64,000 nt of DNA from an uncultured Candidatus Rokubacteria bacterium. Lineage in GTDB: Bacteria; Methylomirabilota; Methylomirabilia; Rokubacteriales; CSP1-6. Of this stretch, positions 47,402-56,437 are shown piece after piece. The stretch lies in NCBI GenBank assembly GCA_963762145.1, contig CAVXJS010000007.1:256001-320000 (forward strand), written 5' to 3'. A model generated the notes under the pieces. It was not told where the DNA came from. It ran no database searches and saw only the letters and a list, made by a program, of their open reading frames with translations. Positions within the stretch are counted from its first letter, which is position 1; each line of letters opens with the position of its first letter. Both the position numbers and the translations under genes were made by a program.

Positions 47402-48096
47402 AGCCGCGGGAGTGCAAGGCGGAAGTCGCCGCGGTGCGCGCGGTGACGCCCGAGATCATGGAGGTGGACCTGCGGGTGCTCGAGCCCGCCGAGTTCACCT
47501 TCGAGGCCGGGCAGTGGATCTCGGTGCCCTTCGGCCCCAAGCTCGTGCGCGCGTGGAGCATGGTCTCGCCGCCCACCCGCAAGGGCCTCACGCTCTCGAT
47601 CGACGTCGCCCCCGGCGGCATCGGCTCGCAGTGGGCGCGCGGGCTCAAGCCGGGCGACCCGGTGCAGTTCAAGGGGCCGACCGGCGGCTTCGTGTTCAAC
47701 CGCGCCGATTCGCGGCGCGCCGTCTTCGTGGCCGAGGAGATCGGGATCGTGCCGATCCGCTCGATCCTGGCTCACCTCTACGAGACCGGCTACGGCCGGC
47801 CCACCGCGCTGATCTACTGGGCGCGCAACCCGGGCTGGCTGGTGTACGACGCCGACTTCCGCTCGCTCGCGCGCCGCTACCCGGGCTTCTCCTACCTGCC
47901 GGTGCTGCGCGAGCCGCCCGCGACCTGGCGCGGGGAGAAGGGAGAGCCCGCGGAGGCGGTGGACCGCCTCGTCTACGGCGTGGACAAGTTGGTCGTCTAC
48001 GTGTGCGGGGGCGGGGAGACGATCAACAAGGTCCGCGACGCGCTCGTGGCGAAGGGCATGGATCGCAAGAGCGTCAAGTGGGAGAAGTTCTGGTGA
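47398..48096 (+). CDS. FNR-like FAD/NAD(P)-binding oxidoreductase
   Basis: F.F.AGQW, RAWS..S, GG.GS, GP.G.F, AEEIGIVPIRSIL, YVCG, EKFW. Confidence 0.82.
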   Translation: MKPRECKAEVAAVRAVTPEIMEVDLRVLEPAEFTFEAGQWISVPFGPKLVRAWSMVSPPTRKGLTLSIDVAPGGIGSQWARGLKPGDPVQFKGPTGGFVFNRADSRRAVFVAEEIGIVPIRSILAHLYETGYGRPTALIYWARNPGWLVYDADFRSLARRYPGFSYLPVLREPPATWRGEKGEPAEAVDRLVYGVDKLVVYVCGGGETINKVRDALVAKGMDRKSVKWEKFW

Positions 48097-48509
48097 AGGC
48101 CCAGCTCTACCACCTCCAGATCAACGTGGCCGACGCCTCGCGGTCGCTGCCGTTCTACAAGGCGCTGCTGGGCTATCTCGAGTACCGGACCGTGTACGAC
48201 ACCGACGCGATGGCCGGCTTCTCCGGCCGCGGCACGGACGTCTGGGTGGGCGCCGCGGCTCCCGCGCACACCGGGGCGGGCTTTCACCGCAAGCGGGCCG
48301 GGGTCAACCATCTGGCCTTCCGCGTGGACCGCCGCGAGGACGTCGATCGCTTCACGGCCGAGTTCCTGGCCCCCCGCAAGCTGGGCACACTCTACGGCAC
48401 CCCGCGCGAGTTCCCCGAGTACCGCCCGGGCTATTACGCGGTCTTCTTCGAGGACCCCGACCGCCTGAAGCTCGAGATCGTGCACCTGCCGACCGCGCCG
48501 CCGGCCTGA
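48093..48509 (+). CDS. VOC/glyoxalase family protein
   Basis: H...NV.D...S..FY, GVNHLAF, YYAVFFEDPD..KLE. Confidence 0.88.
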   Translation: MKAQLYHLQINVADASRSLPFYKALLGYLEYRTVYDTDAMAGFSGRGTDVWVGAAAPAHTGAGFHRKRAGVNHLAFRVDRREDVDRFTAEFLAPRKLGTLYGTPREFPEYRPGYYAVFFEDPDRLKLEIVHLPTAPPA

Positions 48510-48511
48510 GC

Positions 48512-50164
48512 ATGGCCGATCTCAACGGGGGCCATCTCGTCGCGCGCACGCTCCGGCAGGCGGGCGTCGACCACCTCTTCACGCTGTGCGGCGGGCACAT
48601 CCTGCCGATCTACGACGGCTGCATCACCGAGCGGGTCCAGGTCGTGGATATGCGCCACGAGCAGGCCTGCGCGCACGCCGCCGACGCCTACGCGCGGCTC
48701 ACCCGCAACATCGGCGTGGCGGTGGTGACCGCAGGGCCGGGCGTGACCGACGCGGTCACCGGGATCGCCAACGCGCACGCTGCCCGCAGCCCGGTCCTCC
48801 TGATCGGCGGGGCCGCGCCGCTCGGGCTCCGCGGGCTCGGGTCGCTCCAGGAGGTGGAGCAGGTGGACCTGCTGCGCCCCATCACCAAGGGCTCGTGGAC
48901 GGTGAGCGAGACGCGCCAGATCCCGGAGGTGCTGACCACCGCGATCCGCCACGCCCTCACCGGGCGGCCGGGGCCGGTCTTCGTGGAGATCCCGGTGGAT
49001 CTGCTGATGACCGTGGTGGAGGATCGCCTGGCCCCGATCCCGACCGGCTACGCGCACCGCCGGCCCACCGCGCCGGACGCCGCGTCCGTCGAGGAGCTGG
49101 CCGCGCTGCTGGCCCGCGCGGAGCGGCCGGTGATCATGGCGGGCAGCGGGGTGTACTGGGACGACGCGGCGAAGGAGCTCGCCGCGCTGGCCGAGCGGGC
49201 GGGCGTGCCCGTCTTCATGAACGGCGCGGGGCGCGGCTGTCTCCCGCACGATCATCCGCAGGCCTTCGCCCAGGCGCGGGGCTTCGCGCTCGGCCGGGCC
49301 GATGTGGTGCTGGTCCTCGGCACGCCGCTCGACTTTCGCCTGGGCTACGGCCGCCCGCCGTCCTTCGCCGAGGACGTCCAGGTCGCCATGGTGGACTGCG
49401 ACCCGGTCGAGCTGGGCCGCAACCGGCCGCTCGCGGTGGGCCTCGCCAGCCACATCGGGCTCACCCTGCGGGCGCTCGCCGACGCGCTGCCGCGCGACCG
49501 GTCGGCGCGGGGTGCGCCCTGGCTGGCCGCGGTGCGGCAGAAGGAGGACGACGCGCAGGCCCGCCTCATGAGCGAGCGGCGCTCGGACGACGTGCCGATC
49601 AGCCACTACCGCCTGGGCCACGAGATCGCCGCGGTGGTGGACGCCGACACCACGGTGGTGGGCGACGGCGGCGACGTGGTGGGGTGCGCCTCCAAGATCG
49701 TGGCCCTCTCGCGCCCGGGCCAGTGGCTCGATCCCGGGCCCTTCGGCTGCCTCGGCGTCGGCCCGTCGTTCGCGATCGCGGCCAAGCTGCTCCGGCCGTC
49801 CCAGCGCGTGCTGCTGATCGCGGGGGACGGGGCCTTCGGCCTCAACGGGATGGAGATGGAGACCGCGGTGCGCTTCGGGCTGCCGATGACGGTGGTGATC
49901 GGCAACGACGGCGGGTGGGGCCAGATCCGCAACCCGCAGCTCTCGTTCTTCGGCGCGGAGCGGGCGGTGGGCACCTCGCTGCCCTTCACCCGGTTCGAGC
50001 GCGTGGTGGAGGCGCTCGGGGGCAAGGGCATCCACGTGACCGAGCCGGGCCAGCTCCGTCCGGCGCTCGAGCGGGCGCTGGGCTCGGGCGAGGTCTACTG
50101 CGTCAACGTGGTCCTGGACCCGGGCGCGTACCGTCGCACCGGCCAGGTGAGCATGGCCATATGA
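48512..50164 (+). CDS. ThDP-dependent enzyme (acetolactate synthase-like/2-hydroxyacyl-CoA lyase family)
   Basis: FTLCGGHI, RHEQA, TAGPG, PGPFGCLGVG, GDGAFG...N. Confidence 0.9.
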   Translation: MADLNGGHLVARTLRQAGVDHLFTLCGGHILPIYDGCITERVQVVDMRHEQACAHAADAYARLTRNIGVAVVTAGPGVTDAVTGIANAHAARSPVLLIGGAAPLGLRGLGSLQEVEQVDLLRPITKGSWTVSETRQIPEVLTTAIRHALTGRPGPVFVEIPVDLLMTVVEDRLAPIPTGYAHRRPTAPDAASVEELAALLARAERPVIMAGSGVYWDDAAKELAALAERAGVPVFMNGAGRGCLPHDHPQAFAQARGFALGRADVVLVLGTPLDFRLGYGRPPSFAEDVQVAMVDCDPVELGRNRPLAVGLASHIGLTLRALADALPRDRSARGAPWLAAVRQKEDDAQARLMSERRSDDVPISHYRLGHEIAAVVDADTTVVGDGGDVVGCASKIVALSRPGQWLDPGPFGCLGVGPSFAIAAKLLRPSQRVLLIAGDGAFGLNGMEMETAVRFGLPMTVVIGNDGGWGQIRNPQLSFFGAERAVGTSLPFTRFERVVEALGGKGIHVTEPGQLRPALERALGSGEVYCVNVVLDPGAYRRTGQVSMAI

Positions 50165-51180
50165 AGATCACGTTCCTCTGCCCGCATCTGCGGATCGCGG
50201 GCGGGGTGCGGGCGATCCTCATCCACGCCGATCGGCTGGCCGGGCGCGGCCACGAGGTGACCGTGGTCGTTCCGGCCCGGCGGACGCTGACCGCGTGGTG
50301 GCGCAATCGCTTCCAGCGCGCGCCGGAGTGGATGCCCACGCTGGGGGCCCGGGTGCAGTGGGTGCCGGAGTGGAGCGCGGCCGCGCTGCCCGATGCCGAC
50401 GCGGTGATCGCCACGTCGTGGCAGTCGGTGGAGCCGGTGGCGGCGGCCCCGACCCGCTGCGGCCGGAAGTTCTACTTCATCCAGCACTACGAGAGCCTCT
50501 ACCACGGCGAGGCGGCGCGGGTGGACGCCACCTACCGCGTCCCGCTGCGAAAGATCGTGATCTCGACGTGGCTCGCCGACATCATGGCCGAGCGCTTCGA
50601 CACGCCGGCCGCGGTGGTGGTCACTCCGGTGGACGGCGCGCTCTTCCGCCCGGTGCCGGTCGAGCGCGACGGGCGCCTTCGGGTGCTCATGCTCTTCCAT
50701 GACTATCCCTGGAAGGGCGTGGCCGACGGTCTCGAGGCCTGGACCCGCGTGCGGGCGCGCCACCCGGAGCTCAGCCTGGTGGGCTTCGGCGTGAAGTCCC
50801 CGCCGCGCAAGCTGCCGTTCGACGAGTTCCACGAGAACCTGCCGCAGGAGCGTCTCGCGTGGCTCTACAGCCGCTGCCCGATCTATCTCTGTCCCTCGTG
50901 GGACGAGGGACTCGGCATGCCCGCGATGGAGGCGATGGCCTGCGGGGCCGCGCTGTGCACCTACGACAACGGAGGCTGTCGCGACTACGCCATCGACGGC
51001 CGCACCGCGGTGGTGTCGCCCCGGCGCGATCTGGACGCGCTGGCCTGGGGGCTCACGCGGCTGGTGGAGGATGAGGAGCTACGAGGGCGAATCGCGCGGC
51101 AGGGGCAGGACTTCGTGGGAACTCAGTTCGACTGGGAACGCGCTACCGCGCGGCTGGAGTCGATCCTCGCCGCGCGGTAG
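50161..51180 (+). CDS. Glycosyltransferase family 4
   Basis: GGVR, D..IAT.W, YFIQ.YE, S..EGLG.PA.EAMACG. Confidence 0.88.
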   Translation: MKITFLCPHLRIAGGVRAILIHADRLAGRGHEVTVVVPARRTLTAWWRNRFQRAPEWMPTLGARVQWVPEWSAAALPDADAVIATSWQSVEPVAAAPTRCGRKFYFIQHYESLYHGEAARVDATYRVPLRKIVISTWLADIMAERFDTPAAVVVTPVDGALFRPVPVERDGRLRVLMLFHDYPWKGVADGLEAWTRVRARHPELSLVGFGVKSPPRKLPFDEFHENLPQERLAWLYSRCPIYLCPSWDEGLGMPAMEAMACGAALCTYDNGGCRDYAIDGRTAVVSPRRDLDALAWGLTRLVEDEELRGRIARQGQDFVGTQFDWERATARLESILAAR

Positions 51181-51196
51181 CGGTCGATGCGGGAAG

Positions 51197-51502
51197 CTAG
51201 GCGGAGATGTTCTCGACCGACGCCAGCGCAGGCCGCCGGGTGCGGATCGTCCGATTCGTCCAGCGGGCCACCACGTGCCCCAGCGTCTGCTCCTCGATCA
51301 GGCCTTCCGTCTTGAGCTGCTTGAAGACCTGCGTCCAGCCGGAGCTCCGCTGAGCCATGGCCAGGATCTCGTCGAGGCTTCTCTGATCTTGCGCGCTCTG
51401 CGCGTCGTGCAGGGCGTGCGCGATCTGCGAGTCCGAAGGCATCGCGCTCGGCTCGCGCCGGTAACCCGATCCCGTCAGCAGTCTCAGTGTGGTGGTTGTC
51501 AT
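51197..51502 (-). CDS. Hypothetical protein (101 aa)
   Basis: ATG preceded by strong SD GGGGAGGA; plausible helical composition; no recognisable motif. Confidence 0.6.
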   Translation of the reverse strand: MTTTTLRLLTGSGYRREPSAMPSDSQIAHALHDAQSAQDQRSLDEILAMAQRSSGWTQVFKQLKTEGLIEEQTLGHVVARWTNRTIRTRRPALASVENISA

Positions 51503-51543
51503 GGGTTCCTCCCCTAGGGCGTTCCCGGCTTCCGCCTGAGTAC

Positions 51544-51747
51544 TCATCGGTCCACGCCACGCTGGTGATGCGGGAGCCGGTGAGCCCGCGCGATCTGGCC
51601 GATGTGACGCTCCCTGAAGGCTCCGCGGGGGCCGTGCGCGGTCGAGAGACGATGCCCGCGGCTGCCCGCGCCCGACTTGATCTCGCCGGGCCGGCTTCCG
51701 CCGGGTCTCACGCCCTTCACGCTGCTGCCGTCCGTGTAGTCCGCCAT
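51544..51747 (-). CDS. Possible small ORF (67 aa) just downstream of the sigma54-type promoter
   Basis: ATG about 11 nt after the predicted transcription start; composition unconvincing, may be frameshifted or non-coding. Confidence 0.3.
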   Translation of the reverse strand: MADYTDGSSVKGVRPGGSRPGEIKSGAGSRGHRLSTAHGPRGAFRERHIGQIARAHRLPHHQRGVDR

Positions 51748-51768
51748 GGTTGCGCCGACCTACCCTAC

Positions 51769-51784
51769 GGCAAACTCGGTGCCA
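51769..51784 (-). promoter_or_regulatory. Sigma54 (RpoN) -24/-12 promoter
   Basis: Minus strand reads TGGCACCGAGTTTGCC, i.e. TGGCAC-N5-TTGC with exact GG..GC spacing, in an intergenic region. Confidence 0.7.
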
Positions 51785-51932
51785 TTCTTCGGGGCGAGGA
51801 AAGGGACGCTGCGAAAGTGGTTTACGAGACACTCCTCGCCGGGATGGCCGGAGGCGGGTGACGACTAGCGGAATACAGTGTACCCATTTCGGACGGTCCG
51901 ACCGACCCCCGCAGGATCTGCGTCGGGAGAAG

Positions 51933-52721
51933 CTACCGCGCGAGCCACTCCCGGAGCGGCTTGACGATCGCGCCGGCCTTGACCAGGCCCTCGCGCACCG
52001 CGGCGACGATCTTGTCCGAACCCGGACTGTCGCCGTGGATGCAGATGGTCTCGACCCGAGCGTCGATCACCTTCCCGGTGATCGTGCGCACCTTGCCCTC
52101 CATGGCCATCCGGACGGCCTGATCGGCGGCCCGGGCCGGATCCGTGATCAGCGCATCCTTGCCGAGCTTGCGGGTCACGAGCTGGCCGTCGTCGGCGTAG
52201 ACCCGGTCCGCAAAGCCCTCGGCCGCGATCCGGACGCCCTTCACCTTGCGGGCCTCCGCGTCGTACCGCGTCATGGCCATGGTCATCAGGATGAGCTCGG
52301 GGTCGAGCTCCAGCAGCTGCTCGGCGGTGGCCCGCCCGAGCGGGAGGTTCTCCTCGAACATGTGGTACTGGATGCCGTGCGGCTTGACGTGCTGGACCCG
52401 GGTGCCCGCGGCCTGGGCGAAGGCGGCCAGGGCGCCGATCTGGTAGCGGTGGATGTCCTTCAGCTCGGCGGGAGAGATGTCCATGCGGCGGCGCCCGAAG
52501 CCCATGAGATCCGGCAGCCCCGGGTGCGCTCCCACCGCCACGCCGTGCTGGATGGCCAGCTCCACGGTGCGGCGCATCACGTGCGGGTCGCCGCCGTGGA
52601 AGCCGCACGCGATGTTGGCGGAGGTGATGTTGGGCATCACCTCCTCGTCGTGCCCGAGGGTCCAGCGGCCGTAGCTCTCTCCCATGTCGCAGTTGATGTC
52701 GATGTGGACGGGCTGGCTCAT
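51933..52721 (-). CDS. pxpA: 5-oxoprolinase subunit A / LamB-YcsF family protein
   Basis: IDINCDMGESYG, SANIACGFH.GDP, GAHPG.PD..GFGRR, HVKPHG, E.FADR.Y, TICIHGD. Confidence 0.9.
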   Translation of the reverse strand: MSQPVHIDINCDMGESYGRWTLGHDEEVMPNITSANIACGFHGGDPHVMRRTVELAIQHGVAVGAHPGLPDLMGFGRRRMDISPAELKDIHRYQIGALAAFAQAAGTRVQHVKPHGIQYHMFEENLPLGRATAEQLLELDPELILMTMAMTRYDAEARKVKGVRIAAEGFADRVYADDGQLVTRKLGKDALITDPARAADQAVRMAMEGKVRTITGKVIDARVETICIHGDSPGSDKIVAAVREGLVKAGAIVKPLREWLAR

Positions 52722-53653
52722 AGCTTGGGCAAGACCTCCTTGGCGATACGCTCGACCTGCTCGGGCTGATAGCGGTACGGGATCAGGATAATCCGGTCCA
52801 CGCCGGTTTTCACGTGGGCGCGGAGCTGCTCGACGCACTCGGCCACCGAGCCGTGGATCGCGTGATCGATGGTGGACTCGCTCCAGGCCGCGGTGTCCCA
52901 CTCGGTGGAGAGCCACTGGCGCATGTCCGCGGTGGTCTCGGCCCGGGAGCGCCCCACGTAGACCGCGAGCTGGTTGGTGGCGGTGAGCGGGGCGGGATCG
53001 CGGCCGGCCTCGCGCGCGTAGGCCTTCACCTTCTCCCACGACTTGGTGAAGCTCTCCGGGGTGTAGAAGTAGGTCAGCCAGCCGTCGCCGACCGTCCCGG
53101 CCCGCTTGAGCACCGCGTCCACGTAGCCGCCGATCAGCACGGGGGGCCGGGGCCGCTGCACGGTGCGCGGCACCATGACCGCTTCGCGCAGGTTGAATTC
53201 GTCCACCTTCAGGGTCACGCGGTCCTGGGTCCAGAGGCGCATCAGGATGTCGAGGTTGCGCTCGAACTGCCGGCCGCGCTGCTTGAAGGGCACGCCGACC
53301 GCGTCGAACTCGCGCGCGTACCAGCCCGCGGCCACGCCCAGGACCAGGCGCCCGCCCGAGATCACGTCGAGGCTGCCGAGGGCCTTGGCCGCAACGACCG
53401 GGTTGCGCAGCGGCAGCACCAGCACGCCGGTGCCGAGCTTGATCGTGCGCGTTCGCGCCGCGACCGCGCCCAGCATCGTGATGGAGTCCACGATCGGGAA
53501 CGAGGGCTCCACGCCCAGCAGCACGTGATCCCACGCCCACAGCGACTCGAAGCCGAGCTGCTCCGCCCGCTCGGCGTAGGCGTACACGCCCTGGATGTCC
53601 GGCACCTCGCCGGGCCCCACGAAGTTGCGGATAGCGAGACCGAAGTCGGTCAT
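52718..53653 (-). CDS. LLM-class flavin/F420-dependent oxidoreductase
   Basis: GFESLWAWDH, LGTGVL.LPLRNP, GRLVLGV.AGW...EF. Confidence 0.9.
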   Translation of the reverse strand: MTDFGLAIRNFVGPGEVPDIQGVYAYAERAEQLGFESLWAWDHVLLGVEPSFPIVDSITMLGAVAARTRTIKLGTGVLVLPLRNPVVAAKALGSLDVISGGRLVLGVAAGWYAREFDAVGVPFKQRGRQFERNLDILMRLWTQDRVTLKVDEFNLREAVMVPRTVQRPRPPVLIGGYVDAVLKRAGTVGDGWLTYFYTPESFTKSWEKVKAYAREAGRDPAPLTATNQLAVYVGRSRAETTADMRQWLSTEWDTAAWSESTIDHAIHGSVAECVEQLRAHVKTGVDRIILIPYRYQPEQVERIAKEVLPKL

Positions 53654-53660
53654 GGGGCCT

Positions 53661-54422
53661 CTAGCCGATGAACTGGCGCTTGGGGTCGAGCATGCGCAGG
53701 ATCGACAGCTCCTCGTCGGTCGGCGGCTTTGTCGTCGTGAGCGTCGGGCTGACGAGGACGTCGAAGCCGGTGTTCTCGCGGACCTGCTCCACGGTTGCGC
53801 CCGGGTGCAGGGCCAGGAGCTGCATGCGGCGGCTGTCCGGGTGGAACCCGAAGATGCCGAGGGTGGTGACGACCCGCGAGACGCCCCCGAAGAGGAGCCC
53901 GGCGCCGCGCCGCGTCTCGCCGCCCGCGAGATAGCCGGGGCTCGTGACGAAGTCCACGCGCTCGGTGAAGCGCCGCTTCTCGTGGACGGTGAGGATCATC
54001 ACCTCGCGGCAGAGCGAGATGATGTCGTTGGCCCCGCCGCTGCCCGGCAGCCGCACCTTCGGGCGGGCGTAGCCGCCGATCGCGCTGGTGTTGAGGTTGC
54101 CGTGCCGGTCGATCTGGGCGCCGCCGATGAAGCCCACGTCGAAGAAGCCGCGCTGGGCGAGCAGGAACGCGTCGGTGATGCCGGGCAGCATCTGGGCCCG
54201 GTAGGCGGCGCGCATCTCGTTGGTGGAGATCGGCAGCTCGCCCGGCTTCCAGGTGGGCCCGATCACGCCGCCCTCGACCATCATGGTGAGTCGCGGGGCG
54301 TGGGTGCGCTGGGCCAGCACCGAGGCCATCATCGGCGCGCCGACGCCGGTGAACACGGTGGTGTCGTTGCGGAGCTCGCGGGCGCCCATCACCGCGAGCA
54401 GCTCGTTCGCGGAGACGGTCAT
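53661..54422 (-). CDS. Family I CoA-transferase beta subunit (GctB/CatJ-like)
   Basis: F.GVG.P, HAP.L..MVEGG (catalytic Glu), GF.GGAQID.HGN.N, RLPGSGGAND, VDF.TSPG. Confidence 0.88.
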   Translation of the reverse strand: MTVSANELLAVMGARELRNDTTVFTGVGAPMMASVLAQRTHAPRLTMMVEGGVIGPTWKPGELPISTNEMRAAYRAQMLPGITDAFLLAQRGFFDVGFIGGAQIDRHGNLNTSAIGGYARPKVRLPGSGGANDIISLCREVMILTVHEKRRFTERVDFVTSPGYLAGGETRRGAGLLFGGVSRVVTTLGIFGFHPDSRRMQLLALHPGATVEQVRENTGFDVLVSPTLTTTKPPTDEELSILRMLDPKRQFIG

Positions 54423-55382
54423 GTCGTCAGCATCCGGGCCGCGCGCGGCGGCGTCCGCCCGGCGCGCCTCGCCGAAGAGACCCAGGTAGTCCGCGTGGCT
54501 CGCGGGGGCGTAGACGTAGCGCTCCAGGTAGTCGGCCACCCCGGCGGCGCCGCCCGCGAGGATGCCGTCCACGTAGGTCGTGAAGTGGTCGGGCTCGGCG
54601 TCGTAGACGCCGTAGCACTCGTGCGGGTAGGAGCCGTACGGGACGTGGGCGAGCGCGTCCACCAGGAAGCCGGGCAGCACCGTGCGGTCCGGGTGAAGAC
54701 GGATCTCGTCCTCGGAGACGATCTCCTCCGCGGTCACCAGCACGGTGGCGGCGGCGCGGGCGATGTCGGCGTCCATGTGCGGATAGCCGTCGATCTGGCA
54801 GTTGCCGAGGCGATCGGCCTTCTGCACGTGGATCAGCGCGACGTCGGGGAAGAGGGCGGGCACCGCGTGGAGGGTCCGGCCGGTGTAGGGGCACTCCACC
54901 GTCTTCGATCCGCCCACCCCCATCAGGTCCGAGCCCAGCATGGTGAGCGAGGGCAGAAAGGGCACGCCCATGGCCGCGGCGCGATAGCGCAGCCCCAGCC
55001 CGAGATGGCTCCACTCCTCGAACTCCACGCGCCCGGCCTCGACGAATTCGCGCTGGATGCGCGAGAGGCCCCACGGCAGGCCGATGCCCATCCAGGACGT
55101 CACGACCTTGTCGACCGCGCCCGAGACCATACCCCACTCGCCCTCGTAGCACATGAGGTTGCGCGAGAAGGTGAGGTGCTTCGGCCGGCGGCGGAGGAGC
55201 GCCCACACCAGGGCCAGCGGCGTGCGCGAGTAGAGGCAGCCGCCGATGGCCAGGTGATCGCCGTCCTTCACGCGGGCGACCGCGTCTTCCAGGGCGCCGA
55301 GCTTGGGCCCGGCGGACTTGGGCTTGGCCTCGAGACGCTCGCGCGCGGCCACGAAATCGTACTCGCGCGGGGCGATGGTCAC
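54419..55382 (-). CDS. Family I CoA-transferase alpha subunit (GctA/CatI-like)
   Basis: V.DGD....GG, R.PLA, AAAMGVPF.P....GSD, CPYTG, PDVA.IH...AD..GN, P.GSYP. Confidence 0.88.
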
Positions 55383-56437
55383 GCGAGCACTTCCCAGGTC
55401 TTCTGGTAGCGGTCGAGCTGCTCGACGGTGTAGGGATCCAGCGGGTGCTCCCGCTCCGGGATGTCCACGTGCTTGGCCTCCCCGCAGAGCGGGGTCGTGA
55501 AGTAGCGCTGCCCGGTGTCGTTGAGGATCGTCACCACCGACGGCAGCTCGGGGTGCCGGCGGGCGAGCTTGAGCGCGGCGGCCACGTTGCAGCCGCTCGA
55601 GATGCCGCAGAAGAGACCTTCCTCGCGCGCCAGCCGCCGGGCGATGTCCACGCTCTCCTCGGTGGTGGTGGTGATCACCCCGGTGAGCAGCGAGACGTCC
55701 AGGTTGCGGGGCACGAAGCCGTCGCCGATCCCCTCGATGCCGTGGTGGCCCCACGCCCGCCGCGAGAGCAGCGCGCACTCGGCGGGCTCGACCGCGTAGA
55801 GCTTCACCTGCGGGTCGCGGCTCCGGAGATAGCGCCCGACTCCGGTGAGCAGCCCGCCCGAGCCCTGCGAGTCCACGAAGGCCCCGATGCGGCCGCCCGA
55901 CTGCTCCCAGAGCTCGGGGCCGGTGGTGAGGATGTGGGCCTCGACGTTGTCCGGGTTGTCGAACTGCCCCGGCACCCAGTAGCGCCCGGGCGCCGCGTCG
56001 CGGATCTGCCGGAGCCGATCCAGCGAGAGATCCACGTCGCTCTCGCCGCCCGGGGTGAAGACCAGCTCGGCGCCGTAGGCGCGCATGATCTTCTTGCGCT
56101 CGTCGCTCATGCCCTCCGGCATGACGATGGTGCAGGGGTAGCCCTTGACCGCCGAGACCCAGGCGCAGGCGATGCCGGCGTTGCCGGTCGAGCACTCGAG
56201 CACCTGCATGCCCGGCTTGAGATCGCCACGCGCCTCCGCCCGCTCGAACATGTGCAGGTAGATCCGATCCTTGAGGCTGCCGGTCGCCCCGTACCACTCG
56301 ACCTTCACGTAGATCGCGGGCTTCACGTCGCGGGTGATGCGGTTCAGGCGCACCAGCGGGGTGCGTCCCACCGCGGCGGCGATGGTCGGCAGCGCCGCCG
56401 CATAGCGGTCCCACGGGGTCCCGGCCGGGGCGCTCAT
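55379..56437 (-). CDS. PLP-dependent cysteine-synthase-family (fold type II) enzyme, divergent
   Basis: GRTPLVRL, GSLKDR, ECSTGNAG, QFDNPDN..H..TTGPE, GIEGIG, GISSG. Confidence 0.9.
   Translation of the reverse strand: MSAPAGTPWDRYAAALPTIAAAVGRTPLVRLNRITRDVKPAIYVKVEWYGATGSLKDRIYLHMFERAEARGDLKPGMQVLECSTGNAGIACAWVSAVKGYPCTIVMPEGMSDERKKIMRAYGAELVFTPGGESDVDLSLDRLRQIRDAAPGRYWVPGQFDNPDNVEAHILTTGPELWEQSGGRIGAFVDSQGSGGLLTGVGRYLRSRDPQVKLYAVEPAECALLSRRAWGHHGIEGIGDGFVPRNLDVSLLTGVITTTTEESVDIARRLAREEGLFCGISSGCNVAAALKLARRHPELPSVVTILNDTGQRYFTTPLCGEAKHVDIPEREHPLDPYTVEQLDRYQKTWEVLA

Noticed and set aside
51766-51850. c-di-GMP-I (GEMM) riboswitch suggested by GGCAAAC...GAAA..GGGACGC on the + strand
   Set aside because: Spacing and the second hairpin do not fit, no + strand gene lies downstream, and the motif is better explained as a minus-strand sigma54 promoter
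53661-55382. Apparent fused CoA-transferase alpha-beta chain
   Set aside because: Deleting one base gives ...ARARMLTT* with an ATGA overlap onto the beta start, the usual junction style in this operon
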